Shown piece after piece: positions 27,077 through 43,876 of a stretch of DNA of 64,000 bases (position 1 is the first letter of the stretch; the number at the start of each line of letters is the position of its first letter). Both the position numbers and the translations under genes were made by a program. The notes below the pieces were generated by a model. It did not search any database. It saw only the letters and a list, made by a program, of their open reading frames with translations, and was not told the DNA's origin. Origin of the DNA: Eledone cirrhosa (taxonomy: Eukaryota); contig OZ024744.1 in NCBI GenBank assembly GCA_964016885.1, positions 85,622,001 through 85,686,000 on the forward strand, written 5' to 3'.

Positions 27077-27115
27077 CGTCCTGATGAGTAACATTAAGTT
27101 CAAAATGCATCGACG
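27077..27115 (+). ncRNA. Minimal HHR with G12A substitution (probably inactive)
   Basis: cgtc-CTGATGA-gtaac attaa gttc-AAAA-TGCA-TC-gacg. Confidence 0.55.
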
Positions 27116-27637
27116 GTTATTCGCCTTGCCACTGCTGGACACCGCTCGGCGGCGCTGACCGCCAGTATTATATTCATAGCTATGGCTTTCAAAATGTTTA
27201 TTTATAAACATACCGTATATCTTTTTATATACCAAATCACATAAATATTTGTATATAGCTATGTCGAAGCTAAATTCTAAAAAAAGATATTGTTATATTT
27301 TTGGAGGGTTATATCGTTCTAATATTGCCAGAAAAAATAAAGTAAAACACACTCACTGTTAGGTTTGCTTTTCGCTTCAGTATATTTTTATATTTCTAAT
27401 TCAGCTGGCAATTGATCATTGATTGACTAAGTTGTAAATATAAAATACTAGAACAACATGACCCTCCCCAAATATAGCAATATCTTCCGTATCTTCTGCA
27501 GTTAAAGATCATATTGTTTTTCTTTTATTGGTTTTAGTCACTGGATACATACGACTATGCTGACTCAATGACTTTATTGATGTTTGCCATTCATATCGAT
27601 AATGATACGTATTTTAGTCTGCTACTGATTTCATTGG

Positions 27638-27713
27638 ACACACACACACATACACACACACAGACAGACACACACACAGACAGACACACACAGACACACA
27701 CACTCACAACACA

Positions 27714-27744
<31 letters not shown>

Positions 27745-27993
27745 GCACAAGCAAACACGCTCACAAAATAAACATAGACAAACATACACACACATACACA
27801 AACAGACACACACATAAACGCACATATACACAAACACATATAGACAAACGTACACACAGAGATACAAAAGCACACACACACACACACACATATGCGAACA
27901 AACATACACACGGACACAGAAAACACACATAGACAAACCCATAGACACCCGCAGACAAGCACACACGCACACACTACACGTAACACACATACA

Positions 27994-28031
<38 letters not shown>

Positions 28032-28059
28032 AACACTCATACACACATAAACACACACA
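27638..28059. repeat. (CA)n-derived compound repeat
   Basis: Direct reading. Confidence 0.92.
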
Positions 28060-28137
28060 TTCTTCTACTCTCTTTTGGTTTCAGTTTTAAGACTGCAGCC
28101 ATGCTGGGGCACCGCGTTGATATATACATATGTGTGT

Positions 28138-28192
<55 letters not shown>

Positions 28193-28485
28193 TAACATTA
28201 AAGTTTATGCAAAGAATCGCTGCTTTCACCCTTAACGGGATCTTCTGAAACTAACAAAGTCAATCTGTAAACGCAGAAGCGGATATTTAAAAAAACGTTG
28301 CAACCGGAGGAAGACAGGAAGACGATACTTTGGTTTGTGGAAACGTTCCCTATGCATAGGGAACGTTTCTTTGCTTAAACTTTAATCTGTTATTTTAATA
28401 AATATTTGCTCTACGGTTCTTATATATTTGATATATATTTATCCTTATCGAGCCCTCTTTGGATTTTAGTCTTCAAATTTATTTT

Positions 28486-28520
<35 letters not shown>

Positions 28521-28691
28521 CATAAACGGAGAAAGCTATTAGCGATACTCCGTCCAATTTCCAACTCACTCAACAAACATTAGGAAATACCGGAGTATAT
28601 TCCCAATTAAACATTTGGGGTGCTAACTATATTGTATTGTGTGGATAATTGGCTGTATTTTTTTATATGAGATATATTAAAGATCTCATTT

Positions 28692-28814
28692 CCCAAACGA
28701 ATCGTTTCTTTATAAGATTTCTACCTGGTGGGTGAAATTATACCAAGTTATGTAGAAGCTTGTGTAAGATCAATGGATTCTTATTCAAGTGGGCACTTAT
28801 AAATCTTCAGTGGG
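28692..28814 (-). ncRNA. Type I HHR with ~80 nt stem II insert
   Basis: ccca-CTGAAGA-tttataag..cttataaa-GAAA-cg att cg-TT-tggg. Confidence 0.8.
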
Positions 28815-28981
28815 TGCCCAATAATATTAATATTAATAACCAAATCAATATCAATATTTAAATTTTTTTACCTATATTATGAGTTATAATATTGTATATA
28901 TAATCAATTTAAACATTTATATTTTTTGAATTACAAACAAATTGAATATCCCTTCTGCTTATATATATATATACATATATG

Positions 28982-29074
<93 letters not shown>

Positions 29075-29075
<1 letters not shown>

Positions 29076-31552
29076 CAGAGATATCCACGGTAAGTTGTGG
29101 GGTCTAGTCTGCATGAAGAACTCAATGTAATCCATATGTTGAAAATGTTGTAGGTTAAAATAAATCCCGGAAAACAATAAAACATTAAAAGGAAAACAGA
29201 GTCATGATATAAGTTAAAACAATGAAATAAAAAATCAAGTCATTAGAAATATACTTCACTGCTTTACGATCGTTTCTAGGTGATGATAATACATTGTAAC
29301 TATACTTCGTTATCGATCTATGTAAGGTCAGTTACAAAATATCAGATAAAGAGAATATTTACTTACATGCATATCACCAGCTTTTGTCAATATATATATA
29401 TGAATTATTAAAAACAATGAATAAAAACAAAGAACAAGTTCCTTATATTAAAAAATTCATCATTTTACTATCGTTTCTAGGATATATATGTGTGTTGGTA
29501 TGTATATCATATAGATCTATGTAAAAATATTACAAACTATCAGAGGAAATATACATACCATCACATATATATGCTGTCTTCAGAAATGATGAGATTTGTT
29601 TATTGAAAAAAAAACCAACAAAGATTTAATTTAATAGGTCTGTTTGGGAATAGGTTTGGAATTGACCAATAGAAAAGTAGTAAGAGGTCAAGTTGATAGA
29701 TTAGTAATAGTAGAAATTTAATTTAGGGGTAGAGGAATGCAGACTTATGTTTTGAATGGAAAGAATACTTTGAATGAAAAGAATACTTTGGGGATGAAAA
29801 GAGGTAAAGCCGGTGAAGGGTACACGAAAATTTGATGTTATTAAAGTATAATGTTAAAAACGAAGGAGAGTAAAGTTTTAGGGTAGGGGTATTAGTGAGA
29901 AATACCAATCTTATTTAAACCACAAGGAATTTAGATCTATAACAAGAAATTAAATTAATTGATAGGTATACTTATACGGATACATTTATATTAATTCATA
30001 TGGATGTGATAAATAAGAATTAGATGTTATTAAAGAATGTTGTTAAAAACGAAGGAAATTAAAATTTTTGGATAAGAGTAGTAGTGGGAAATACCAATCT
30101 TATATAAACTACAAGGAATCTAGATTCATAACAGGAAATTAAATTAATTTATATGTATACTTTTAGGTATTAATTTTAGCAAAAGAGAGCTGTAAGAGGG
30201 AAATAAAATTATGAAGTTCTCTGTAGTAAAGTACTAATTATAGGTTAACTAAATTAAAAAACTAATTATAATAATATGTAAAATATAAGTGTAAGGTGTA
30301 TATTAATTTATAAAATTTGAAGGTTCTTCTAATTCTATGATTGCAAGATATAATTAATTCTTGTCGCATATTTAATAGGATATCCTTAGATTTCATTATT
30401 TCAAAAAGTTCCTGGGAGCATAATCTACTCTCATATCTGTTATTTTGAAAAGGGGTGTCCCTTTTGAGCACACTCCAGGTCAGGTTGTAATCGATATTCT
30501 TTTTCCTATAATTATTAATTGTTTCAGCCAAGAATGTTGTATTAGCTAATGCGGTATTTTAAAAACTATGTTTGTGGGTATTAAATCTTACTTTAAATTG
30601 GTTAGACGTAGCTCCTATATATGAATAAGTGGAGTCCTTAGTGCTAATTTTACATTTATAGACTATGTTATTAATAAGACAATTTCCCTTTAATGGGCAA
30701 TTTCTTTTGTTTCTACAGTTACAACCATTCGTGAATATTATATCAGAGGAGTTAGTCAAATTTGGTGTGGAATTTACTCGACTTGTTATATGTAAAGAAG
30801 ATGGTAGTTTGTTGCGGTTTATTTTAGTATTATGGATGGTTTGATGTGTTGGTGGTATATTCGTGGTTTTTTTACATTTATATGCATTGTACGCACTTAT
30901 ATTTTGTTGTAAATTTTTGGTAGTGGAGTAGGAAAATTTGAAAGTTGATCTATTTAAAATTTGATGGTATTTATGGTTTGGCGGGAAGTTTTTCTCTAGG
31001 ATAGTAAAACATTTTTTAGGGATATTATCTTTAATTTGTAGATTAAATGGAGCATTATACCAAGTAACTCGTCTATTACGGTTTCGGTATTGTTTTTTTA
31101 TATTTATACGATGTATCAGGATGTTTACTAAGAGAGTTACTATTAGTGAATTTATTATATATAGGTTTAGTTAAATTTACTGATTTAGGTGTTTTAGTCT
31201 GATTATTAGGAATTTTGTTAGTAATGTTATTAACTTATATTGGAGTATTAGGATGAATGGTTTTTTGAAAGTTATAATATTTTATGTGAGAAGAGATAAA
31301 GAAATTAAGTTTTAGGTTGGTATTTTCGGGTGTAGTATGAGTGGCATTTAGGTGTGAGTTTTTCATTTGGTGTTTGTTGGCAATATTGGGTTGTATGTTT
31401 GAAGTATTATTGGTACAAGGTATATAGACTAATTTGTTTTTGTGGCCGCTTCTAGCTACAGCTTCGTTATAAAAGGGCGCATTTTTATCGAATACATCCT
31501 GGTTAGATGAAAGGTTAGAGATTATGAGTGAGATATTATATGCTAGGTTTTT
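29075..31552 (-). mobile_element. 5'-truncated, decayed Penelope-like element (linker plus GIY-YIG ~30262-31550, long 3' UTR with internal direct repeats)
   Basis: CNCRNKRNCPLKGNC..IVYKC..YIGATSNQFKVRFNTHKHSF; RRVTWYNAPFN; repeats 29832-29975 / 30021-30165; (TA)n flanks. Confidence 0.85.
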
Positions 31553-31571
31553 ATATATATATATATATATA

Positions 31572-35575
<4,004 letters not shown>

Positions 35576-35588
35576 TATATATCCCTTC

Positions 35589-35654
<66 letters not shown>

Positions 35655-35738
35655 AGCAAAAGGGATATTCAATTTGTTGGTAATTCAACAAATATAAATG
35701 TTTATATTGATTATATATACAATATTATAACTCATAAT

Positions 35739-36055
35739 TGTTTCTACTTTTGGCACAAGGCCACCAATTACCCAGTACATTACTGGTACTTTATTTTATC
35801 GACCCCGGAAGGATGAAAGGCAAAGTTAATATAAAGGAACGATCGACTTTCGTCAAATCGGACCGACGGAACAATGTTTCCGTTGGTCTTTCCAATTGCT
35901 AATACTATCTATCGGTCGCAACTCCAGGTAGAAGGAGCAACGTGAAATAAAGTGTCTTGCTCAAGGACATAACGCATCGCCTGGTCCAGGAATCGAACTC
36001 ACAGCCTTACGATTGCCAATCGAATTCGCTAACCACTCAGCCACACGCCTTCACT
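35739..36055 (-). mobile_element. Nested SINEs (family 1 fragment plus family 2) with target-site duplications
   Basis: TSDs aatattataactcataat (35721/36062) and aaagttaatat (35822/36056). Confidence 0.72.
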
Positions 36056-36439
36056 AAAGTTAATATTATAACTCATAATATAGGTAAATAAATTTTTTTC
36101 ACCAAAATTAACGTAAATGCTTCTTTCCTACGCATACAATAACTTATAATTATTTTAATTTTCCATAGCGTCTAAAATAACGTTTTTTCAACCCTTTTAC
36201 CTAAACCTTATTTGCATACTCATCTTAATCATTTGAAATATCTGACTTTTCTTCTCTTATCCCTTCACTATCCAAGGATAACTTGAACCATGAAGGTATA
36301 TTCTCCTTGGTTATGTCAAAATTTATAAAACACACTTCGTATTTTATCTGATAATAGCGTACCAAAATGTTGGTACCCTTGAAGTATAAATAATAGAATA
36401 AATATGGTTTTATAAATATAGTGTCCATTTATTTAATAT

Positions 36440-37647
<1,208 letters not shown>

Positions 37648-37861
37648 ATATATATATATATATTGGTAAAAGGAAAAGAAAATGCTGACAAATTGTTCCC
37701 AGTGAAAAATAGTTTAATTAGGAATAAGTAAAAATTAGTAATAAGTATTGGTTAGTATTCAGTTTTGGTTTTAAGTTTTTACCGATTGCGCATTTCTAAT
37801 GCTTTTCAAAAATAATTTTGAGATAGTGTGCCGCTGATGTTTGCTCTAATCTATATATATT

Positions 37862-38354
37862 TAGACGGAAAAAATGAAACGAAATTTCATTTCTCACTCT
37901 TAGTACGGCTGTTACTTAAATATAAGTTTGTATACGTACATACATATATGTATACAGACGTACAGTAGTATGTATATATATATACATACATGCACACACA
38001 TATATATATATATGTACGTATGGATTCAGCGAACATTTATTATAATGCTCGGTGTGTTTGTAAACAAACATCCCGAATTAAGCTGCACAGTGTCTAGCAA
38101 CCATCGTTGCTCATTTTTTCAACACTTACAAAGGAACGCTGCGTTCCTTTATCAGTGTTGAACAAACGAGCAACAATGGTTGCTAGACACTACGGCTTAA
38201 TTACGGGATATTTGTTTACAAACACACCGAGCATTATAATAAATGATCGGTGAATCCATACATACATATATATATGTGCATGTATGTATATATATATATA
38301 TATACATACATACTACTGTACGTATGTATACATATATGTATGTACGTGTACATA

Positions 38355-38360
<6 letters not shown>
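37862..38360. mobile_element. Fold-back insert (arms ~37921-38130 / 38134-38360); tail homologous to 7945-8045
   Basis: Direct comparison. Confidence 0.72.
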
Positions 38361-38431
<71 letters not shown>

Positions 38432-38579
38432 GGATATAAGTATCGTAGGAGAGGAGGAAACAGAGAGATACAAATATTAGAGAATATTTAATATTTAGTA
38501 TATTATTCAAGCAGAGCAGGAATAAGTAAATGAATGAATGAAGGAGTTACAAGCCGTTAAAACAATTTCTTTATATAAA

Positions 38580-38616
38580 TTTTACACATGTTTCGCCCAC
38601 ACGAGCTCCTCAGAAA
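38580..38616 (-). ncRNA. Canonical minimal type I HHR
   Basis: ttt-CTGAGGA-gctc gtgt gggc-GAAA-CATGTG-TA-aaa. Confidence 0.78.
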
Positions 38617-39069
38617 AATAATTGATTATATAATGTCATCAGTAAGTATAAATACTGTTGAAAATCATTCACTCAATTTTACGTCTCATTGCATAATAGG
38701 CGAAAAAAACAACAACAATGGCGACAGTGAAAGGGGCATAATCCACTGGGGGAGGTAACTGCACGTTGTTAGGCAGTAAATTACCCTAAAATCTTAGTAT
38801 ATTCCAGCTAATGGGATGGTTTATCAGGGTGAACCTTACTCAGTATGTGATGGGCAGTGCCACGGTAAAAATCCGGTTGCTGGGTAATAGCGTCATTAAA
38901 CACTATACTTAGGCCTACTCATTGCCGTTGGACTCAATGGTGGTGCGATGTAGATAGCTGCAGGGATAGGATGTTATTATTGTTCAAGAGACCATGACGG
39001 TTTCAGCGCGACTCTTAATGAATTCAGGGGTGAGTTTATAGTGATGTTTCCATTAGGCACAGCTGGCAA

Positions 39070-41031
39070 TCACTTCCACATAAACAACTCTTTACCGGAT
39101 GAACAGAAAAGATGCCGAAAGAAGTCCCGTGGTACAAAAGACTAGTTACTTATTAATAAGATGGTAATGAGGAATTTCAAGAGGAGGCACACTGGTCTTG
39201 CCATGGGATGGATAGATTACAAAACGGCATTCGACATGGTACCTCATTCTTGGATGACCAAAAGCCTAGAGATCTTCAAGGTGGAAGATAACATTAGACA
39301 GTTGTTGAGCAAAAGTATGAAGTCCTGGGAAACAGAGTTAACACCGGGTGGAGAATCCTTGGGAGGCGTGAAGATGAAGAGAGGTATCTTCCAGGAAGAT
39401 AGTTTGTCCCCTCTTCAGTTTGTCCTTGCCCTGATACCCCTGACCGGTATATTGCGAAAAGTAAGAGCAGGATACAAGTCGGGGAAAAGGAGAGCTTACC
39501 ATCAACCACCTCCTCTTCATGGACGACCTCAAACTCTTTGGGAAGAGTGAGAAGGAGTTGGATGTACTTATTGACACTGTACGTATTTTCAACAATGATA
39601 TATGTATGAAATTTGGTATTAATAAGTGTGGAGTCCTAGTGATGAAGAGGGGTAAATTGAGCTGAAGCAACGGAATCCAGGTACCAACAGGGGAAAGGAA
39701 ATTGACACTGAAGAAGGATGCAAATATTTAGGTGTTCTGGAGGCAGATGACATCAAGAAAAAAAAATGAAGGAATTGATGAGATCTGAGTACATTGGGAG
39801 AGTAAGGAGCGTATTAAAATCACATCTGAATAGTAGGAATGTCATAAGTGCAGTGAATTCCCGAACTGTGTCTATTATTAGGTACAGTGCGGGAATTCTG
39901 AGATGGAATGTTGCTGAACAAAAAGAAATGGATAGGAAGACTAGGAAGCTATTGACTATCTACAACATGTTCCACAAGAGGAGTGATGTCGATAGACTCT
40001 ACTTAAAGAGATCTGACGGAGGAAGAGGTCTTATCAGCATAGAGGACTGTGTTCAGATGGAGAAAAACAGCCTGCACAAATACGTGACTGACAGTAAGGA
40101 GCCAATGCTCAGAATTGTACTGAAGAAGAGGACAATAGACCAGTGGATGTCCAAGGAGGAAATGACAACAAGGAGGAAATGACAACAAGGAGGAAGAGTA
40201 ACCTTCATAAAAAATCCCTTCATAGTACCTTCTTTGAGAAAACTGAATTTAGAGATCCACAGACATGGAACTGGTTAAAAAGAGACGTTAAAAATGCTAC
40301 AGAAGGAATGCTAATGGCTGCGCAAGAACAGGCCCTCAAAACTAAGTGGGTGGAACACCATATTTACAAGGAGGAGGCTAGCCCACTGTGTAGGATCTAT
40401 GGAGAGAGAGAGAAGACTGTGGCTCGCATTGTATCCGAGTGAAAACACCTAGCCCAGACTCACTATAAAGGCTGGAGACATGATGTGATGGGCAGGGTGA
40501 TCCACTGGCACATTTACAAAGTAAACAATTTACCACATTCTGAGAAGTGGTATGAGCATAAGCCAGAGTCGGTGATAGAAAACGATTAGGTGAAGGTGCT
40601 ATGGGATTTTAGGATACAGACGGACAAGAAACTGGAATACAATAGGCCTGACCTGGTGGTTTTGGACAAGGAAAACAGATCGTACCTGATTGTAGATGTA
40701 GCTTGCCCATTTGACACGAGGGTGCAAGAAAAGGAGAGGGAGAAAATTAACCGATACCAGGACTTAAAGTGGGAGTTAAAAAGGATTTGGAACTGCCATG
40801 AAGTCAGAGTCGTCCCGATTGTCATAGGCGCACTAGGTACTATCTCAAAGAGTTACCAAGGATGGTTAAAGAAAATTAGTCCAGCCCTGCTTTTTGGAAC
40901 ACTTCAAAAAGCATACTTGCTGGGAACAGCAAGAACGCTCCGATACGTCCTGAATATCTGAGACTGCAGGTAGTGGCTTGATATTCATTTCAACAAACTT
41001 TCCAGTTAACTAACGTCAATGACTGAAACTC
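39070..41031 (+). mobile_element. R4/Dong-type non-LTR element, copy A (5'-truncated, decayed), followed by (TAA)n
   Basis: Fragmented RT (GIFQ.DSLSPL, FMDDLK) and RLE (NRPDLVVLD..IVDVACP); TAA tail 41032-41104. Confidence 0.9.
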
Positions 41032-41032
41032 A

Positions 41033-41078
<46 letters not shown>

Positions 41079-43505
41079 GTAATAATAATAATAATAATAA
41101 TAATTACCCAGAACCGCATGTTCGACAACAACCAGAAGATGCTGTTTGGACAGCTTGAGGGGAAAGAAAGAGGCAACGACTTGATCCCTGGGGCGGAACA
41201 AGCTAAAACATTCTGGAGAGGAATATGGGAGCAGGATGTTAGACACAATGCCCAGGCAGGGTGGATTGAGACAGTACAGAGGGAGATCGGTGAGCAGGCA
41301 CAGCAACAGACTGATTTGAGTATCACAGTTGAAACTCTTAAGGGGCAAGCCAAAAAACTAACCAACTGGAAATCACCAGGCCCAGATGGTGTGCAGGGGT
41401 ATTGGATTAAACATTTAACATCCCTCCACCCGAAGCTGACGGCCATGTTCAATGACTGCTTGGTGTCGGGTGAGGTGCCAGAGTGGTTGACAAAAGGTAA
41501 CACAGTTCTGATAATGAAAGACCGAATCAAGGGTAATGATGTTACCAACTATAGACCTATCACATGTCTGCCCGTAATGTGGAAACTGTTGACGAGCATT
41601 GTGTCAGAGGAAATCTACCATCACCTCCACACAAACAACTTGTTGCCGGACGAACAGAAAGGATGCCGAAAGAAGTCACGTGGTACAAAGGACCAGTTGC
41701 TTATTGATAAGATGGTAATGGGGAATTGCAGGAGGAGACACACTGATCTTGCCATGGGATGGATAGACTACAGAAAGGCATTTGACATGGTGCCTCATTC
41801 CTGGATCACCAAAAGCCTGGAGATCTTCAGGGTGGCAGATAACATCAGACAGTTGCTGGGCAGGAGTATGGGGTCCTGGGAGACAGAGTTGACATCAACT
41901 GGAGTATCCTTGGGAAGCGTGAAGATCAAGAGAGGTATCTTCCAGGGAGATAGCCTGTCTCCTCTGTTGTTTGTCCTTGCCCTGATGCCCTTGACCATTA
42001 TGCTGCGAAAAGTGAGAGCAGGATACAAGTTGGGAAGGGGAGAGCTTACCATCAATCACCTCCTCTTCATGGACGATCTTAAGCTCTTCGGGAAAAGTGA
42101 GAAGGAGTTGGATGTGCTTGTTGACACTGTCCGTATTTTCAGCAGTGATATATGTATGCAGTTTGGTATTGGTAAATGTGGAGTTATTGTGATGAGGAGG
42201 GGTAGGTTGAGCAGAAGTAACGGGATCCAGATACCAACAGGTGAGATGATAAAGGAAATTGACTCTGAGGAAGGATACAAGTATTTGGGCGTTCTGGAGG
42301 CTGATGGCATAAAGAACAAAAAAATGAAGGAATTGTTAAGAACTGAATACATTCGGAGAGTAAGGAGCGTATTGAAGTCACATCTGAACAGCAGAAATGC
42401 CATAAGCGCAGTAAATTCCCGAGCTGTGTCTATTATTAGGTACAGTGCGGGAATTCTGAGATGGAATGTTGCTGAACAAAAAGAAATGGATAGGAAGACT
42501 AGGAAGCTATTGACTATCTACAACATGTTCCACAAGAGGAGTGATGTCGATAGACTCTACCTAAGGAGATCTGAGGGTGGAAGAGGTCTTATCAGCATAG
42601 AGGACTGTGTTCAGATGGAGAAAAACAACCTATACAAATACGTGACCTATAGTAAGGAGCCAATGCTCAGAGCTGTACTGAAGGAGGGGACAGTAGGCCA
42701 GGGGATACCCAAGGAGGAAATAACATCAAGGAGGAAGAGCAGCCTTAAGGGAAAATCCCTTCATAGTACCTTCTTTGAGAAAACTGAATTTAGAGATCCA
42801 CAGACATGGAACTGGTTGAGAAGAGGAGACCTCAAAAAGGCTACAGAAGGAATGCTAATGGCTGCGCAGGAGCAGGCCCTCAAAACGAAGTGGTTGAAGC
42901 ACCATATCTACAAGGAGGAGGCTAGCCCACTGTGCAGGATCTGTGGAGAGAGAGAGGAGACTGTGGCTCACATTGTGTCCGAGTGTAAACACCTAGCCCA
43001 GACCCACTATAAGGGCTGGAGACACGATGTGATGGGCAGGGTGATCCACTGGCACCTGTGCAAAGTAAACAATCTACCACATTCTGAGAAATGGTATGAG
43101 CATAGGCCAGAGGCGGTGATGGAGAACAGTCAGGTGAAGGTGCTGTGGGATTTTAGGATACAGACGGACAAAAAACTGGAACACAATAGACCTGACCTGG
43201 TGGTTGTGGACAAAGAAAAAAGATCGTGCCTGATTGTGGATGTGGCCTGCCCGTTCGACACGAGAGTGCAAGAGAAGGAGAGGGAGAAAATTAACCGATA
43301 CCAGGACCTAAAGTGGGAGGTGAAAAGGATTTGGAACTGCCATGAAGTCAAAGTGATCCCGATTGTCATAGGCGCACTGGGGACTATCTCCAAAGGTTTC
43401 CAGGGATGGTTAAAGAAAATCGGCCCCTTCACGCTTTTTGGAACGCTTCAAAAGGCATGCTTGCTTGGAACGGCAAGAACCCTCCGATACGTCCTGAATA
43501 TCTGA
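41019..43505 (+). CDS. R4/Dong-type RT plus CCHC plus restriction-like endonuclease, copy B (element ~41107-43580; uninterrupted frame, 5'-truncated)
   Basis: [63 protein letters not shown]. Confidence 0.9.
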
Positions 43506-43876
43506 GGCTGCAGGTAGTGGCTTGATATTCAATCCAACGGACTTTCCAGTTAACCAACATCAATGACTGAGATTCAAGGAATAACAATAACAATAATAAT
43601 AATAATAATAATAATGATTTCTTTATTAACCACAAGGGTTTACATAAAGTAGACATTAAGGACAGTGCAGGACAATGCAGGACGGTACAAATGGGCATTT
43701 CTGCGTGTAAAAAACAAAAACAGAGGATGTAACAAAAATAACAATGAAAATAACAATGAAAAATACCCCAATAGGGGGGAGACTTCGGAGGGACATTTGT
43801 GGAGAAAGCCCAGTAAAAAGCCACAATGACCCTGACCACCAAGGCAAGTGCCCTCTCCCAGTTTTCCATCTTTAGT

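Noticed and set aside
36342-36398. F1 hammerhead copy
   Set aside because: CTGATAA and GAAG double core mutation, a decayed copy
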